A stretch of DNA of 64,000 nt from Psilocybe cubensis (lineage: Eukaryota), in assembly GCA_017499595.2 (NCBI GenBank), contig CM039004.1, positions 2,604,001 to 2,668,000 on the forward strand, read 5' to 3'. The first letter of the stretch is position 1; each line of letters starts with the position of its first letter. The position numbers and the translations under genes were made by a program. This document shows positions 1-13,188 of this stretch, in pieces. Under the pieces are notes generated by a model. The model had not been told where the DNA came from, ran no database searches, and saw only the letters and a program-made list of their open reading frames with translations.

Positions 1-158
1 TCAGAGGAGCAGCAGGTGACATCAGAGTCGCTGAAGTCAACTACAATGAGAAACGGACGTTGATGTCAATCATCCTGACCCGACCAGGGAGAAATGAAAG
101 TTTGCTTACAGTCAGGGTGTGTAGTTGGATTAGTCTCTCCAGCACTTTCCCCCGACAT
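1..158 (-). CDS. BTB/POZ-like protein, 5' end only (runs off left edge)
   Basis: ATG at 158, MSGESAGETNPTTHPD, then a GTAAGC..TAG intron, then FDFSDSDVTCCSS. The HPxF..DxDV...SSD start is typical of agaricomycete BTB proteins; same intron position as the 5016 gene. Confidence 0.55.
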
Positions 159-937
159 GGCAGGATGGTAAAGGATGTCCTATAAGAGCGTAAGAGTATG
201 CAAAAAGCCTTTTAATCCTTCAATGATGTTGAAACATGGATCACAACGATGTCCCAGACAAGCGAGCAGATTTGCTTCCTTCCCCCATAAGAAACATAAC
301 TCCTATGGTGAGGCATTCCGAGGTAAAACGGAGACCTTGTGCCTATCGACTTCAATAGACCTGGGTTTCAGAGCCTGAGCAAGCAGTGAAGAAAGCCTAT
401 AGTAAAAAATAACGTTGATCAATTAACTGAACGTAACAAAAGGCTTAGGGCACGGAAAGGAAATTAGGAGATTTACCATTGACGGTTTCATGATATCCCG
501 CATTCATTTGTCCCTGTCCAGAGTCTATATCCAAAGCCTCTCCGGCCCCCGTTGGAATTCATGTGGAGAAGTTCGCGGTTGAATGCCTTTCAATTTGAGT
601 CGCAAGGAGTCCCGCTTGTCAAAAAGGCCATGATCCAAGTGTCCAAAGCACAGACAGTAGAACCATAGAATGCTTTCAATGTGTTCAAAAGATCCGACAG
701 CGAACGGCAGCCCGGTGCATGCACCCAAGTCTCAGTAGGTTTGCAAACCTTAGCTGCGTTGACGGTGGAGGTGAGACATTTGCACAATACCCGCACAGAC
801 TCGGACAACGAAGGGCCATTTTTACACCCCCTGTGAGTGTACTAGCGCAGTGCGGCACCAGGGCACGACATCAGCGGGAAAACTGGCGTGGTTCTTGACT
901 CCCCGCCCGATAAGAGCTAAAATGGATGTTTTAGTCC

Positions 938-3900
938 ATGAGCAGATCATCATCTGGGCCTAATTGTAGCACGAGGAAGGTCTCACGAGGGGCTATGACT
1001 ATATCACCCTCTACGTCGTCTGTTGTTCGAGACGCCTACTTCCAGATCCCCAGGGAATGGCATCTGGTGAGCAACATTTTATCATCTGCTAGTATTTTCT
1101 CTCAATATGAGCCAGGAAGTGTCTCTTTCCCTGTGTCCGAATCTCATGGGAAACCAGCATCGCCGTTGAAGGCGCCCCATCTGCCGTTTAGGAGAATATC
1201 ACTACCAACTGCCCCTTCCTTGTTACATCGTGTCTCTGTTGTCAGTGCCACATCGTCTGAAGAGGCGGCAGATAGTTCGAACTCTCAGAGTGTGCGGCCA
1301 GCCATCAAGACCCATGGAAAGGTCGCGCAGAGTCGACCTGTTTCATCCGCGTCGCCTAGGAATCGGAATCGAAAGCGCGATTCGAGTGTTAAACCAACCG
1401 ACGACAAACAAGCAGCTAAGCGAAGAAAGGTTGTTGACGAATTTTACGAGACGGAGAAAGCATACGTCGATGGCTTAGAACTAATTTATGCAGTGAGCTA
1501 CATAAATGCTTCAGACTTGATTGCATGCTGACTTGAATGTAGCATTTTCTGACACCAATCATTTCTTCTTTGGATACTCCGGATCCCTTGCTGAATCGCT
1601 CAGCATTAACCTCAATATTCTCAAATTTCATTGATATATGGAATCTTCATCGATCCTTTCTCTCAGCCCTTACTTCTATCTTAGAACCGACGCAAGCAGG
1701 ATCAAATGTACCACCACCAAACCTTTCTTCTTTCCTATTGGCGCACTTCCCCTATCTTTCTCTGTACACTCCCTTTGTAACAGCATTTCCATCGACGATC
1801 TCATCCCTTAACGAACTTATCACGAACACCAGTCCACAATATAATCAACGCTTTGCCGCCTTTCTTGCGGGCCAGGAAGCCGACCCGCGCTGCGGAAAAC
1901 TTAAACTGAGGGATTGGCTCTTGACGATCGTCCAGCGTTGCCCACGATATTTACTTTTACTCAAAGACCTTATAAATTCGACAAGTAAAGAGGACCCAGA
2001 ACATGCACAGTTGACGGCTGTTCATGCACTTGTTTCAAAAAGTTTGTTTGTTATGACCACCCTATACTGGACACTGACTTTTTTAAATCTAGTTACGTTG
2101 TCACTTAATACGTCATTGCATACCCATGCTCAGACGATGGCGTTGCTAGCTCTTCAGAAAGCCACACCAAATTTACCTTTTCAGTTGATCTCTCCTGGTC
2201 GCACATTCCTCAAGCGTGGCTCTTTACTCCAGGTCGAAAGAAGCGATGATCCCGTTGAACGCGAATTTCTTCTATTCTCGGATTGCATGGTTTGGCTTGC
2301 ACCTGCTGAGTCCTCCATGTCGTCCTGGGATTGGAGTTGGAGTGGCAGCGGGAGTAGTGGCAGCGGAAGCGGTTCTGGGAACATTTCTGGAACAACAGCA
2401 GTCAGTCAGACTCATCATAATACCCCAGCTTCAGTGCCTACACCACCAGCCCTGCAACGACCACGCATGACGCGAACCAGGAGCAAGAGCGAAGCCGAGC
2501 TTGAATCGCTGCGCGTGGAAACAAATGCCGATGCTCGTCGTGGTTATGCACACCTCAAGGAATCTCCGTCAACACCCAGCTCTCCTCGAACTCCACCCCG
2601 TAGCAATGATAGTGACGGCGGAACTAAACTTAAATCACATCCTCACGTGCCTCCGTCCCGCCCTGCCCCTCCTCCGCCGATTATGCCCAGCAAAAGAACC
2701 GTGTCATCAGATGATAAGTGGGTTTATAAAGGTCGAGTGGAGCTTGTGGATGTGCAGATCGTAGTTGGTTCCGCCCTGGAGGATGAACGGAAATTTGAAG
2801 TTTTGAGCCCCGAAGGCAGTTTCTTGCTTTATGCAGGTGTGGCTCTACATTGACAACTTTCTATCTCGTTTCGGTTGTCTGATATTACTTCACCACTTCA
2901 CAGCTTCTTTACAGGAACGCGACACATGGACATCAGAAATTCGCAACGCGAAAGCGCAGCTGCTTGCCTCTCTTAACATCACAAACCCAAACTCTACATT
3001 GACCTCATCAGCATCAACAAATCATGTGCGCAGAGTGCTGCAGGCTCTGCCGTATCCCCCTTCCGACGAAAGGCTGGCGACAATCAGGGCGAGCAGCAGC
3101 GTTGACGTCTTTAATCCATCTTCTGCGTCCAACTCGACAACGAACTTCAACCTAAGCAGCAAAATCAAACTGCACATAAAAGACAAAGAAAAAGATAAAA
3201 ATGAAGGGAAAGTCCCAGAGCGCAGGAGGAAAGTGGAACATTGGGTTCCAGCGATATGGATTCCAGACGGAAAGGCGACGGCTTGTATGCGCTGCGGTCG
3301 TCTGTTTGGTTGGAGAAGAAGGAGACATCATTGCCGCCTTTGTGGGAGATGTGTATGTGCCGGATGTTCTGGACAGGTACGGTTTCCCGCAATTGTTCTC
3401 ATGAATTGGTTCGGTTGACGGGCATCCTCTTGCGTGTTTAGACTTTCTTTATCACAGATGCCAATTCTAAATCCGACTCTGCAGGCAAACCTGCTCGTGC
3501 ATGCGACGCATGCTACGAGAGCGTATTCCCGCTCATTGACCCTCCATCGGACGCCGTTGCCGTTGATCAGAACGAAAACACCGCAGACATAAAAGGAGAA
3601 ACCTCTGCTGCTGCAAAATCTACCGAAGTTAGAGACACAGACACGATTTCTTCGTTGTCTCGTCTGCCTTCGTGGCTTTCAATGCCTGCGCTACCCGTGC
3701 AACGCCAGCCACATCCACAAGCCCTGATGGACATAGACCTCAATTCAAGTCGAGATTTGGATGTGTCTCTAGACGTAACCGGGGAGGATTTTGTCTCCGG
3801 CGAGAACGCTCATGGGCATGACGAGCGCGAGGGTGGGGCAAGGAGGAGGGTCAGGATGAAAAAGTCTATGTCACACCAGAGGCTGAGGAGCTACCATCAG

Positions 3901-4533
3901 ATATTGGAAGACTTCCAGGAACAGGCGAAAGCCGTAAGGGAAGCCAAAGTTGTTGCATTTGAGAATGAAAATCAACTGAAGAAGGCCCCAATTCCCATTC
4001 CTGTTCGGGAGGACGAGGACGAACGGGCAGAAGTTGAAGGGAATGACACTTTCGATGATTATGATGACAGCATCTTAGGCGAGGTCGAGGACGAAGATGA
4101 ACTGGACCAGGATCATGTGGACATGTGGTTTACGCCAAGTCACTCCCTGGCGTCTTCTCCTGCGTCATCTCCTCGAAAACAACGCGAGCAGAAAAGAGAG
4201 GATACGACTAGAAGAAGTAAACGGTTCTCACTCCCCGCTATCGCCCTACATACAACTGTCGTCACTGCCAGAACAAGCACCATAGCAGACGGTGGGGGTG
4301 ATGGGCCGTCGCTTTCTCGTGAGGGCTCTTTGGGTGATCAAACGCCACTTGGTATGGGAAGGTCTAGGAGGTTCTCACTCGTTTCTGGAAGAGGGAGCTA
4401 TTACGATGGTGCTAGCAGTTCGCCTACAAAAAGCCTTGGTGGGGCAGATGACGGCGGGGGAAGTGACCTGTCGAGAGGCCTTGCTGCTGCTAGGCTTAGT
4501 GAACTGTTGGGGCGGAAAACAAAGGTTGTGTAA
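938..4533 (+). CDS. RhoGEF (DH)-PH-FYVE domain protein (FGD-like), 5 exons
   Basis: DH motifs EFYETEKAYVDGL and LLTIVQRCPRYLLLLKDL; PH motif REFLLFSDCMVW; FYVE motifs WIPD, RRRHHCRLCGRCVC, RACDAC. Introns about 1493-1542, 2042-2092, 2837-2902, 3377-3441. Start could be 995. Confidence 0.9.
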
Positions 4534-5015
4534 GATTATTGTTATTGGAATCGGCTGGGACTTTGTATGTATGTAACTTGTATCTCTAACCCCTTGTTGG
4601 ATTAACGCTGGACAGTCAAGGCATGTGTTGTACTATGTCTAGGATATCATTTTTTGTTCTGTGTGAAAGCAATAGACCAACGATAGTGGAACAGAACATG
4701 TCAAACGAAACACGACAACTCGACGGCGGGTGTAGAACACTGGATTCAAAGTGAATCGATTTTCGCCGATTGAAATATCCAGGCATTTCCCGTCGAAGCT
4801 TACGTAGGTCAAATACTCCTTCACAAAGCAAAAACGAACACCACCAGTAATGTGCACGTCCATTAACTGAGTGAGTGCCTTTGGCGTGTCTTTTTCAGAA
4901 CCTGCTTCGCGAACCCTTTCCAGCCAAAGTAGATTCTACTCTGTTCCCTCTTACTAATATTACTCCCTCAAAGCTTGTCACTTCATTTTCCACGTTTTGC
5001 GCCACCTACGCAACG

Positions 5016-5364
5016 ATGTCAACACAGGCTCAAGACGCGAGGACGCACCCAAAATGTAAGTAAATAACACAACCCGCCCTTGATCCTATGAATTTTACCA
5101 GCATTCACTCGCCTTTCACTTAAAGTTGATCTCCCTGACTCGGATGTGACCATCTTGTCTTCTGATAATATGCGTTTCAATTTGCACCAAGCCAAGCTGG
5201 CTCTAAATACTGGAGGGTTACCCTCAAATCTCAGTACTATGGAAGAGACCGTGCAGCTTTCTGAACCTTCTAGCGTTCTGGAAATTGCATTTCAATTCGT
5301 GTATATCGATATGCTCTTCGACGATGATGCGAAGATCTCATTTTTGATGCGTCGCGCGGTGTAA
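5016..5364 (+). pseudogene. Truncated BTB/POZ-like gene
   Basis: MSTQAQDARTHPK, intron 5056-5125, then FDLPDSDVTILSSDNMRFNLH..VQLSEPSSVLEIAFQFVY, then loses family character and stops at 5364. Confidence 0.6.
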
Positions 5365-5867
5365 TTATCAAGTTAAGTAGGCAAGTTGTAGGTCAGCCGA
5401 TGATGAAGATGTCGAGGGCTAGGAGGCCACTTGTTTCCAGGGCATAGGAGACCGATGCAAGTAAGTCATGATCATAGTATGAAGTCATGTGTGAGCTGTA
5501 CATCTGCACAACAGCATGGACGGTTTTCTTTTCCCTTCGCTCAAAGCATGCTAACGTCGGGTTCCACTGAGTTGTGAGTTTGAGCTTCAATTGAAATTTC
5601 TGCTGCTAATTATATTCAGGTGCTAGATATTTCTGCTAAAATATGTTCAGTCTGTCATATTGCAACACGTCATCCTACCGCAAACTATTAACAAGCGCCC
5701 TAGTCACCTTGAAGCTTCACCTGAAATCTCCTACGTCATTTTGCCGGACTGTGGATTCTGGAGATTATAAAATGGGCCAGCGATGCTGACTTTCACGCAC
5801 TGGCAACTAATATTGCACCTGTCGCTCAGCTTCCTTTGTTCCTAGTATCGTTGAGCCGCGTTCAACA

Positions 5868-7396
5868 ATGGTATCGACAACAAAACTCTTTGCTTCACCC
5901 TCTCCTCCAGCAACAGGTCTTGGACGTTACCGTATGTTATCGGCCACCGCCGGAGCTCACGTCTCGCCCCTCCAACTCGGAGCGATGAGTATCGGAGATA
6001 AATGGGATGAGCTCGGAATGGGAAGCATGGACAAAGACTCTAGTTTCAAGCTCCTCGACGCCTTTTTTGACAACGGAGGAAACTTTATTGACACGGCAAA
6101 TTTCTAGTAGGTTCTAATATATTGTGCTATCAGCTAACAGAACAAGATTAACAAATTCGATTTATAGTCAGGACGAGACGTCTGAGATGTTTATTGGAGA
6201 ATGGGCAGAAGCAAGGGGCATTCGCGATCAGCTTTTCATAGCCACGAAGGTGGGTGTGACTGCATCATTGACCCTATGAGAGCAGAATTGTCATTTAACG
6301 ACAAGTGCTCCAGTATTCTAATAACATGAAGAACAGAACTGGGGCGACCAAACAAGCCGCTTTGTACACCGGTAATAGTGCAAAGTCGATGCATATTTCA
6401 ATTGAGGGATCTTTGAAAAAGCTTCGAACGACCTACATTGACTTATTTTACGTTCATTGGTGGGACTGGGATACAAGCATCGAGGAAGTAATGAAGGCGC
6501 TCCATACACTCATCATCCAAGGGAAAGTTTTGTACCTAGTGCGTGCTACGTTTATTTGCTTTTTGAAGCAATTTATATATCGTGTTTTACCATTGTTACT
6601 TCCTAGGGAATTTCCAACACACCTGCATGGGTGGTCTCCAAGGCCAATCAATACACGAGAGATCACGACCTTACACCTTTCGTAATTTACCAAGGACTAT
6701 GGAACATACTTGATCGATCATTCGAGAGAGAGATAATACCAATGGCAAGAAGTGAAGGTAAAAGCGTTGTCACACTTGATGCAACGTTGTTTTTCTGATA
6801 TCTATTCAGGCATGGCGCTCGCACCATTCTACGTACTCGGCGGAGGAAAAATTCGCACTGACGAGGAAGAAGAACGACGTCGCTCCAGTGGCGAGAATGG
6901 CCGCACTGTATTTGATCCGAATTGGGAACGCTCGGATACCGAAAAGGCCATCTGTAAGGCACTCGAGAAGGTCGCAGCTGAAGTAGGAGCAAAAAGTATC
7001 ACATCAGGTAATCCAATTTCTCGTCGTTGATTAGTACATTACCAATTTCACTCTTCAATCCGCTCTAGTTGCCATTGCATATGTCATGCAGAAGACGACG
7101 TACGTTTTTCCAATAATTGGAGGACGTAAAGTCGAACATTTGCTCTCCAATGTCGAGGCGCTGGATATCTCTTTGACAAAGGAACATATTCATTATCTGG
7201 AGCAATTTTCTCCGCTAGATCCAGGGTTCCCTACCTGGCTGATTGTGAGTCGCTACCAATCTATCTTCTATAAATTTTCGGTATCTGATATCTACAATAG
7301 AAGGACGGAACTGGACGCACCGGAAAACTGAATGTTTTCTTCTATAATGAACCAAGACCCGCCCCTGAGCCTCTCCGTCCTGGTACCGACTACTAA
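5868..7396 (+). CDS. Aryl-alcohol dehydrogenase-type aldo-keto reductase, multi-exon
   Basis: [23 protein letters not shown] (Tyr codon split by an intron), [27 protein letters not shown]. Last exon ends PGTDY* at 7396. Confidence 0.92.
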
Positions 7397-7847
7397 GATG
7401 TATAGGAGAGCTGGGAACCTTTTAGATTAGATGTTAACATGTTTCCCTTTGTATCCGAACAGCCGCTAAATATATGATCGGATTTTTCATTATTCAAGTT
7501 CTTGACTTGTTAGCCATCCGGCGTAGCCAAAAAAGGCAAGAACAATTCCACATATGGTGTAATCGCCGAGCTCACTGCGCAGGTCGCCTCAATATCGATC
7601 TCGATACGGGATCTGCCTAGATCTGCATTAACATCGCCCAGAACGACTGTACTGGTCCTCTGGTTCGCCCAATGGCGCTTATATCTCGACCTTTTGGGTC
7701 AACTTAGCCAAATATTCGGGTATTTCATTTTATGAATAAAAAATTCGGTGCTGGGTTCAAGTTGAACCACAGATATAAACGAACATTCCTTGATTTAAAG
7801 ACACATGTGTCCTATGCCAGTACATTTGATCTAGAAACAAAACGTTT

Positions 7848-8381
7848 TCAAGTGTCCAATGTAATATCGTTGACCCAGGCAAGCCTCTCATGTGCGAAAG
7901 ACTCGGCATTAGGAACTATAATAACCAAACATACGCCGTTATCGATGGTCATCCTTTTATGTTAAACTCAGATACCTTACCCCAGTTATTCCCCTTAATT
8001 ACGCTTGGGTGTACTAGCAAAATTCCTTCGAGCTGAGGCTTCACAAATAGACGAGACCCGCAGCTCTTGCAGAAGGAACGTGTCAACGTTCTCCCGCTTT
8101 TGATTTGGTTGCCATCCACGTAGTGCGTTATGTTGTCTTCTCCTTCTGTGACTTTTATTTGCTACAAGTCCAAAATACAGACGTCAGTCGATATATTAGT
8201 TCGATATTGGTAGTAAATTACTTACCGTTGAGTTGAATACTACTTGACTTGAGAAGGCGGATCCGCTTGCTTGCTTGCAATTCTGACAGTTGCATATGGA
8301 GTATCTCGTTGGTTCGCCTTGAATTTCGAACTTGACTTTAGAGCACAGGCAAGCACCGTGATAAGTCTTTGCTTCAGCCAT
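7848..8381 (-). CDS. GFA/Mss4-like zinc-binding protein, 3 exons
   Basis: YHGACLC, CNCQNCKQASGSAF, RSFCKSCGS; last exon ESFAHERLAWVNDITLDT*. Confidence 0.88.
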
Positions 8382-9136
8382 GAATGTTGCTGGCGCTTGA
8401 TAAAGATAATTGATGATGTGTAACTGTTGATAGTTTTGATGACCTTGTCTGAGCAGGTTGGTTTTATATGAATTCTGTTGGCGTTGGCCCTGAGAACATT
8501 GAATATAATGCGTTTGGCTTCACAGTAAGTTCAATCTTGTAAGAGAGGCCGGGGTGCTCGGGGTGCGCCCTTACCGGACTCGCTGCGCAGATATCCTTGT
8601 CATAGTCGGTTGGCAAAAAGAAGAAGCACTTAGTAAGAAAGCATTCCTTGAATAAATTTCCACGACAGTAATCGCTTAATATAGCACGTCGCCTTTACAA
8701 ACCAAAAAGCGACTCAAGTCAGCTTGTATGAGGATGCGGGAAGGTCTCTGTCAAACCTTAATCATTCAAGAGTTAGAAGCCCAGTTAACCCACACGACGA
8801 TCAGACGGTTTTTGATTGCACTTGCCACAAAGGAAAATAAGGTAAACTGACCATCCAAAAGGGCGATGTGTGTGAAAAGGTGGCGTTGTATGTTAGTCAT
8901 GCACTTCGTTGTATGAATAAGATTTATGAATTGGCGAGTTAGCGCGGTAATCGAGGCTATCGGGTATCCAGATTTACAACGTTATCGTTTGGAATACGGG
9001 TATATTTGAGAGCGTACTGCTTATGTCCGCGTTGATTTGTACTCATCGCCATTGTGTTCGGAATTGCGCCGCTGAATTGACGAGTACGCTTTATCTACCG
9101 CATATATTTGGTACCATAATATATGCCACATATTTG

Positions 9137-9689
9137 TTACAGTCTGGCCTTTGGAGATTTTGCCTTGAAGGTTAATTCCTTTATCCAAGGCCAGCGCTGT
9201 TCATTGTGCAGCTCTTTCTTTGGGACTGTCAAAGGTCGTGCGGTGAGCCCCTGTCTATAGAATCGAGAAGATATCGTGCCACAAGTACTCACCCCATGAT
9301 ATATCCTCTTCAATAAGGCTTGGGTGGGTAATAAAGAATCCATGATCCTTTGCTGGCTTAATGAACAGCGTTGACCCGCATGACGAACAGAAGGAACGTG
9401 TGATGGTGTTTCCGCTCAGAGTGTTACTATCTGCGTAATTCGTGATGAATTCTTGGCCTCGGGTTACATTCAATTGCTGTACATCGTTAACTGGTATGTG
9501 AACTGGAAGCTCTACAGGTAAAGCAAAACGTACTGCATGTTTGAACATTGTATTTGCCAGGAAGGCAGATCCACTGACTTGCTTGCAATTGCGGCAATGA
9601 CATACCACGAAATGGAACGGGTCTCCAGTAAGAGTGAATTCGACTTCCGAACACAAGCACTTCGCATGGTATACTTTGCTGTCAGACAT
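9137..9689 (-). CDS. GFA/Mss4-like zinc-binding protein (tandem paralogue), 3 exons
   Basis: YHAKCLC, CHCRNCKQVSGSAF, RSFCSSCGS; last exon KKELHNEQRWPWIKEL..ARL*. Confidence 0.88.
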
Positions 9690-9984
9690 GTCGATGCCCT
9701 GTAAAACTCGGAATGAGGTTGATAGCGAAGAGCACCCTTCAAATTCGGAGTCGGAATGAACGGTTAACGCGGGGTCCGGAGTTTAGATCAATCACATGCG
9801 ATGGTACCTGAGCGCGGGATTGATTTGATTGGATGAATGGATATCCTCCCGAAATAAGCACACCACAACATTTGCACTGCCACATACATTCCTTCACTTG
9901 CTCGAACGTCAGCGAACAATTCACGAACGCGACTTCAATCGACGGTGACGAAACTACGTCCACAAGAGCCTTTACATTCAAAGC

Positions 9985-10641
9985 ATGCTTCCTTCAAGAC
10001 TTTTTCGCAATACAGGCATTCCACCATCCCTTCGCAGCTTGATCACCCCGCACGCGAACCTACCATCGAATGTTGCCGTACAGTTGCGTCTGCGCTTGGG
10101 TGTCATACCGGGCACTGTTTCTAGCGCATCGAGAACAATAGGAACGAATGCTGCATCAAATACATCCTCTTCCTCTACTTCTCCATCTTCGTCTTCAAAA
10201 CCAACCACCAAAGACCCAGTAGTCCCACCACCTCCATCCGCCTCAGCATCTGAATCATCAACCTCAGCCACGACAACAACCGACTCACAACCACTACCAG
10301 AAAAAATCGAGCCCAAATTGTCGCTGACGTTCACTTGCACTGTCAGTGGATGCGGTGAACGTTCAACACATCAGTTTACAAAGAAGGCATACGAAAAGGG
10401 GATCGTATTGGTGCAATGTCCAGGATGCAAGAACAGGTACGTGTTTTCTCTTGTTTCAATGCATTTATCCGAACATTTATCTTTATTCTATAGACATCTG
10501 ATTGCTGACCATCTGGGGTGGTTCAAAGACTCGACCCAAGGGGGCAAATTGCGGACAGTGGAGGATATTTTGAAAGAAAAGGGCGAGACTGTAAAGCGCG
10601 GCGCGTTGAGCCCCAACGGTGATGTTTCATATTTTGAGTAA
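9985..10641 (+). CDS. ZIM17: Mitochondrial DNL zinc-finger Hsp70 escort protein (Zim17/Tim15/Hep1)
   Basis: Arg/Ser/Leu-rich presequence-like N-terminus; LTFTCTVSGCGERS..KGIVLVQCPGCKNR|HLIADHLGWF; intron 10437-10493. Confidence 0.9.
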   Translation: MLPSRLFRNTGIPPSLRSLITPHANLPSNVAVQLRLRLGVIPGTVSSASRTIGTNAASNTSSSSTSPSSSSKPTTKDPVVPPPPSASASESSTSATTTTDSQPLPEKIEPKLSLTFTCTVSGCGERSTHQFTKKAYEKGIVLVQCPGCKNRYVFSLVSMHLSEHLSLFYRHLIADHLGWFKDSTQGGKLRTVEDILKEKGETVKRGALSPNGDVSYFE

Positions 10642-11376
10642 CAAGTTCATCTTGGTGCTACATACCCTGTCAGGACCTTCCTGCTCATCTCTGTTCATGG
10701 TCAACCGCTTATCCTCTCCACCCCATCAAAAAAAGCTATCGATAACTGCACAAAATCATTAGCTATCCAATCTAGACTACGACATCACGACCGACGCGCA
10801 CATTATACATCTATCTTGCAGATATATTTTCAGCGAACATTCCAGCAGTGTATATTACAATATTACCCAATAATCTAACCACCTCTTTTCATACATCTTT
10901 GTCGGGGTCCACCAATGCCCTTTTGCAACTACCACTCAAAGGTAAAGTCAAACCATTCATTTCAATGCATCACCCAACTGCTATATCAGATCTGATATAT
11001 GCATGTCCAGAGTGTTATTTGCTGACGCACATATCCATGTTACAAGATGTAGCACCCTCAGAATGATTTTGCAAGACAATTCTGTTCTACGCCAATCCTC
11101 TGAATAAGATGCAAGGGTGACTTGATTCTCGAATTCCATATGCACACACGACTGCATGGTTGGTATACCAAATCGGTGTTGTTCCTCTCACAGTGATAAC
11201 TCTTCTCGATCCCAGGCAAAGACATTTTTTAATTGTTCATCAATGAGAGTATTAGACTCATGATCTGGGATCCTTATTATATCTACCCCTTGAGCATATT
11301 CACCCCTTCTCACCTTTCTCTCTTCATCCCATTCACATCGCTCCTCTCTCAGTGAAGCCAAGTTTTCAAGAAACTC

Positions 11377-13060
11377 ATGTCCGAGACACAATACCACCAC
11401 CACGGCCGCTTCCCGGTTGCAGGCGGGGTTCTGCCCGACGCTATTACCGCATACAGGACGTATGGCGACCCCAAGAACCCATGCATCGTCTTCCCAACGT
11501 GCTACGGAGGGAGGCTGGACAGTGAGTGTCGTGTATAATTTACTCTCGTTATTGAGAAAATAGAATGTGAGATCCGAATTTGAGACGACTCCCTTTTAGG
11601 CCAGGATTACATGGTCGGGGAGGATAAAGTGAGTTGGTTTGCGGTAGCAACTTTTTGGATTGCACAATGTGACCGTTCTTCAAAAGGTCCTGAGTACCAA
11701 GAAATATTATGTTGTTACTTTGGCGTTATTCTCGAATGGAGAGGTCAGTTTTGAAGGTGCAGCTTTTAAGTGGTAATACTCATGTATAAATCGGCCGGTT
11801 GTTTAGTCCTCTTCTCCATCTAACACGGTACGCCAATGTCATAGTGCTGCATACATGCAAACGTCGGTATGCTGATTTATCGATCCTTCTTAGCCAGCGC
11901 CATACAATGGCCCCTACTTCCCAGCCGTGTCATACGAAGATAACATGTATGTGTTCTAAATTTGTAAACTCAGTCTCAAATGCACGCACGTCTCAATGAC
12001 GGTATTGAAAACGCAGTCGCGCACAATACGCTGTTCTCCAGAAACTGGGAGTCCAGAAGGCCTTCGCAGTCGTCGGTTTCTCTATGGGTGGTCAACAGGT
12101 TCGCAGTCTAATATCTGAGTCATTTGATAATGATAACGAATTTTTAATGATCGTATTACTATTTTTTGTGTGCAGGCTTATTACTGGGCAGTTATGTATC
12201 CTGACTTCGTCGAGCGGTATGTGGCGTAGCTATATCTTTCTATCTTTCAGAAATTCAATTGGTTATATAGCTACGTTGCAATTTGCGGCTCAGCGCGTAC
12301 AAGTCCGCACAACCAATGGTCAGTTTCTTCACTAGTCCCCTCGAACGTGTAACTTAACGGATAAACTATAGTTTCCTGGAAGGACCTAAAGCCGCATTGC
12401 TGGCTTCGAAGGACTTCGATGGCGGCCACTACAAGACCCAGCCCGAAATCGGGAAACGCGCGTTTGGAAGGGTTTACAGTGCATGGGCATACGGCCAAAC
12501 TGTACGTGCTCCTTTCAATTAGGCAAAATGAGATGGAGCTGACCCCTATTTCAATAGTGGTTCAGGCAGCACGGTCATCTCCATGGTGGGAAATACCCGA
12601 ACCTCGAATCGTTCCTGCGCGAAGATTGGGAAGGCGGCTTCCTTGGCTGGGACGCGAACGATTTGCTCACGCTCTTACACACCTGGCAGACTGGGGATGT
12701 CTCGCTCGTCAGGGATGGAGGAGACCTAGGAAAATGTTTGAGCAGCATCAAGGCGAAGGGGTTGATTATGCCCAGTAAGACGGATTTATATTTCCCAGTG
12801 AGTTGGCAAGCCGCTTTTATTACGGATGGATGTTTATTCGTGTTTAGCCGGAGGACAGTGTAGACGAGGTGGCGAATCTGCAGAACACTGCGAGGCTTGT
12901 GGTTATTGATACTGTGTGGGGCCATATGGGTGCGTTTGCTTTGTATAACATAGACGTTTTTTGATGTGATTATTTTCATCGCACCACAGCTGGAGGAGGA
13001 GCAAATGAAGCAGACGACAAGTTTATCGCTGACGAGATAACAAAGTTCTTTGAAGAATGA
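11377..13060 (+). CDS. Homoserine O-acetyltransferase-like alpha/beta hydrolase, about 12 short exons
   Basis: Hand-spliced: AYRTYGD..PTCYGG, ALFSNGE|SSSPSNT, YPAVSYEDN-like segment, VVGFSMGGQQ (nucleophile elbow), KTDLYFP (acid), WGHMAGGG (His). Not visible in the ORF track. Confidence 0.82.
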
Positions 13061-13188
13061 ATTTTCCAGGCATCTTGAACTCGAAGATATCAATTCTGAA
13101 ATATCAAGTATGTATGATGTATATATCGTTAAAAGATAAATTTATGTCTTTGTGGTACACCAAAACATTCAAGCACTCACACACGCGT

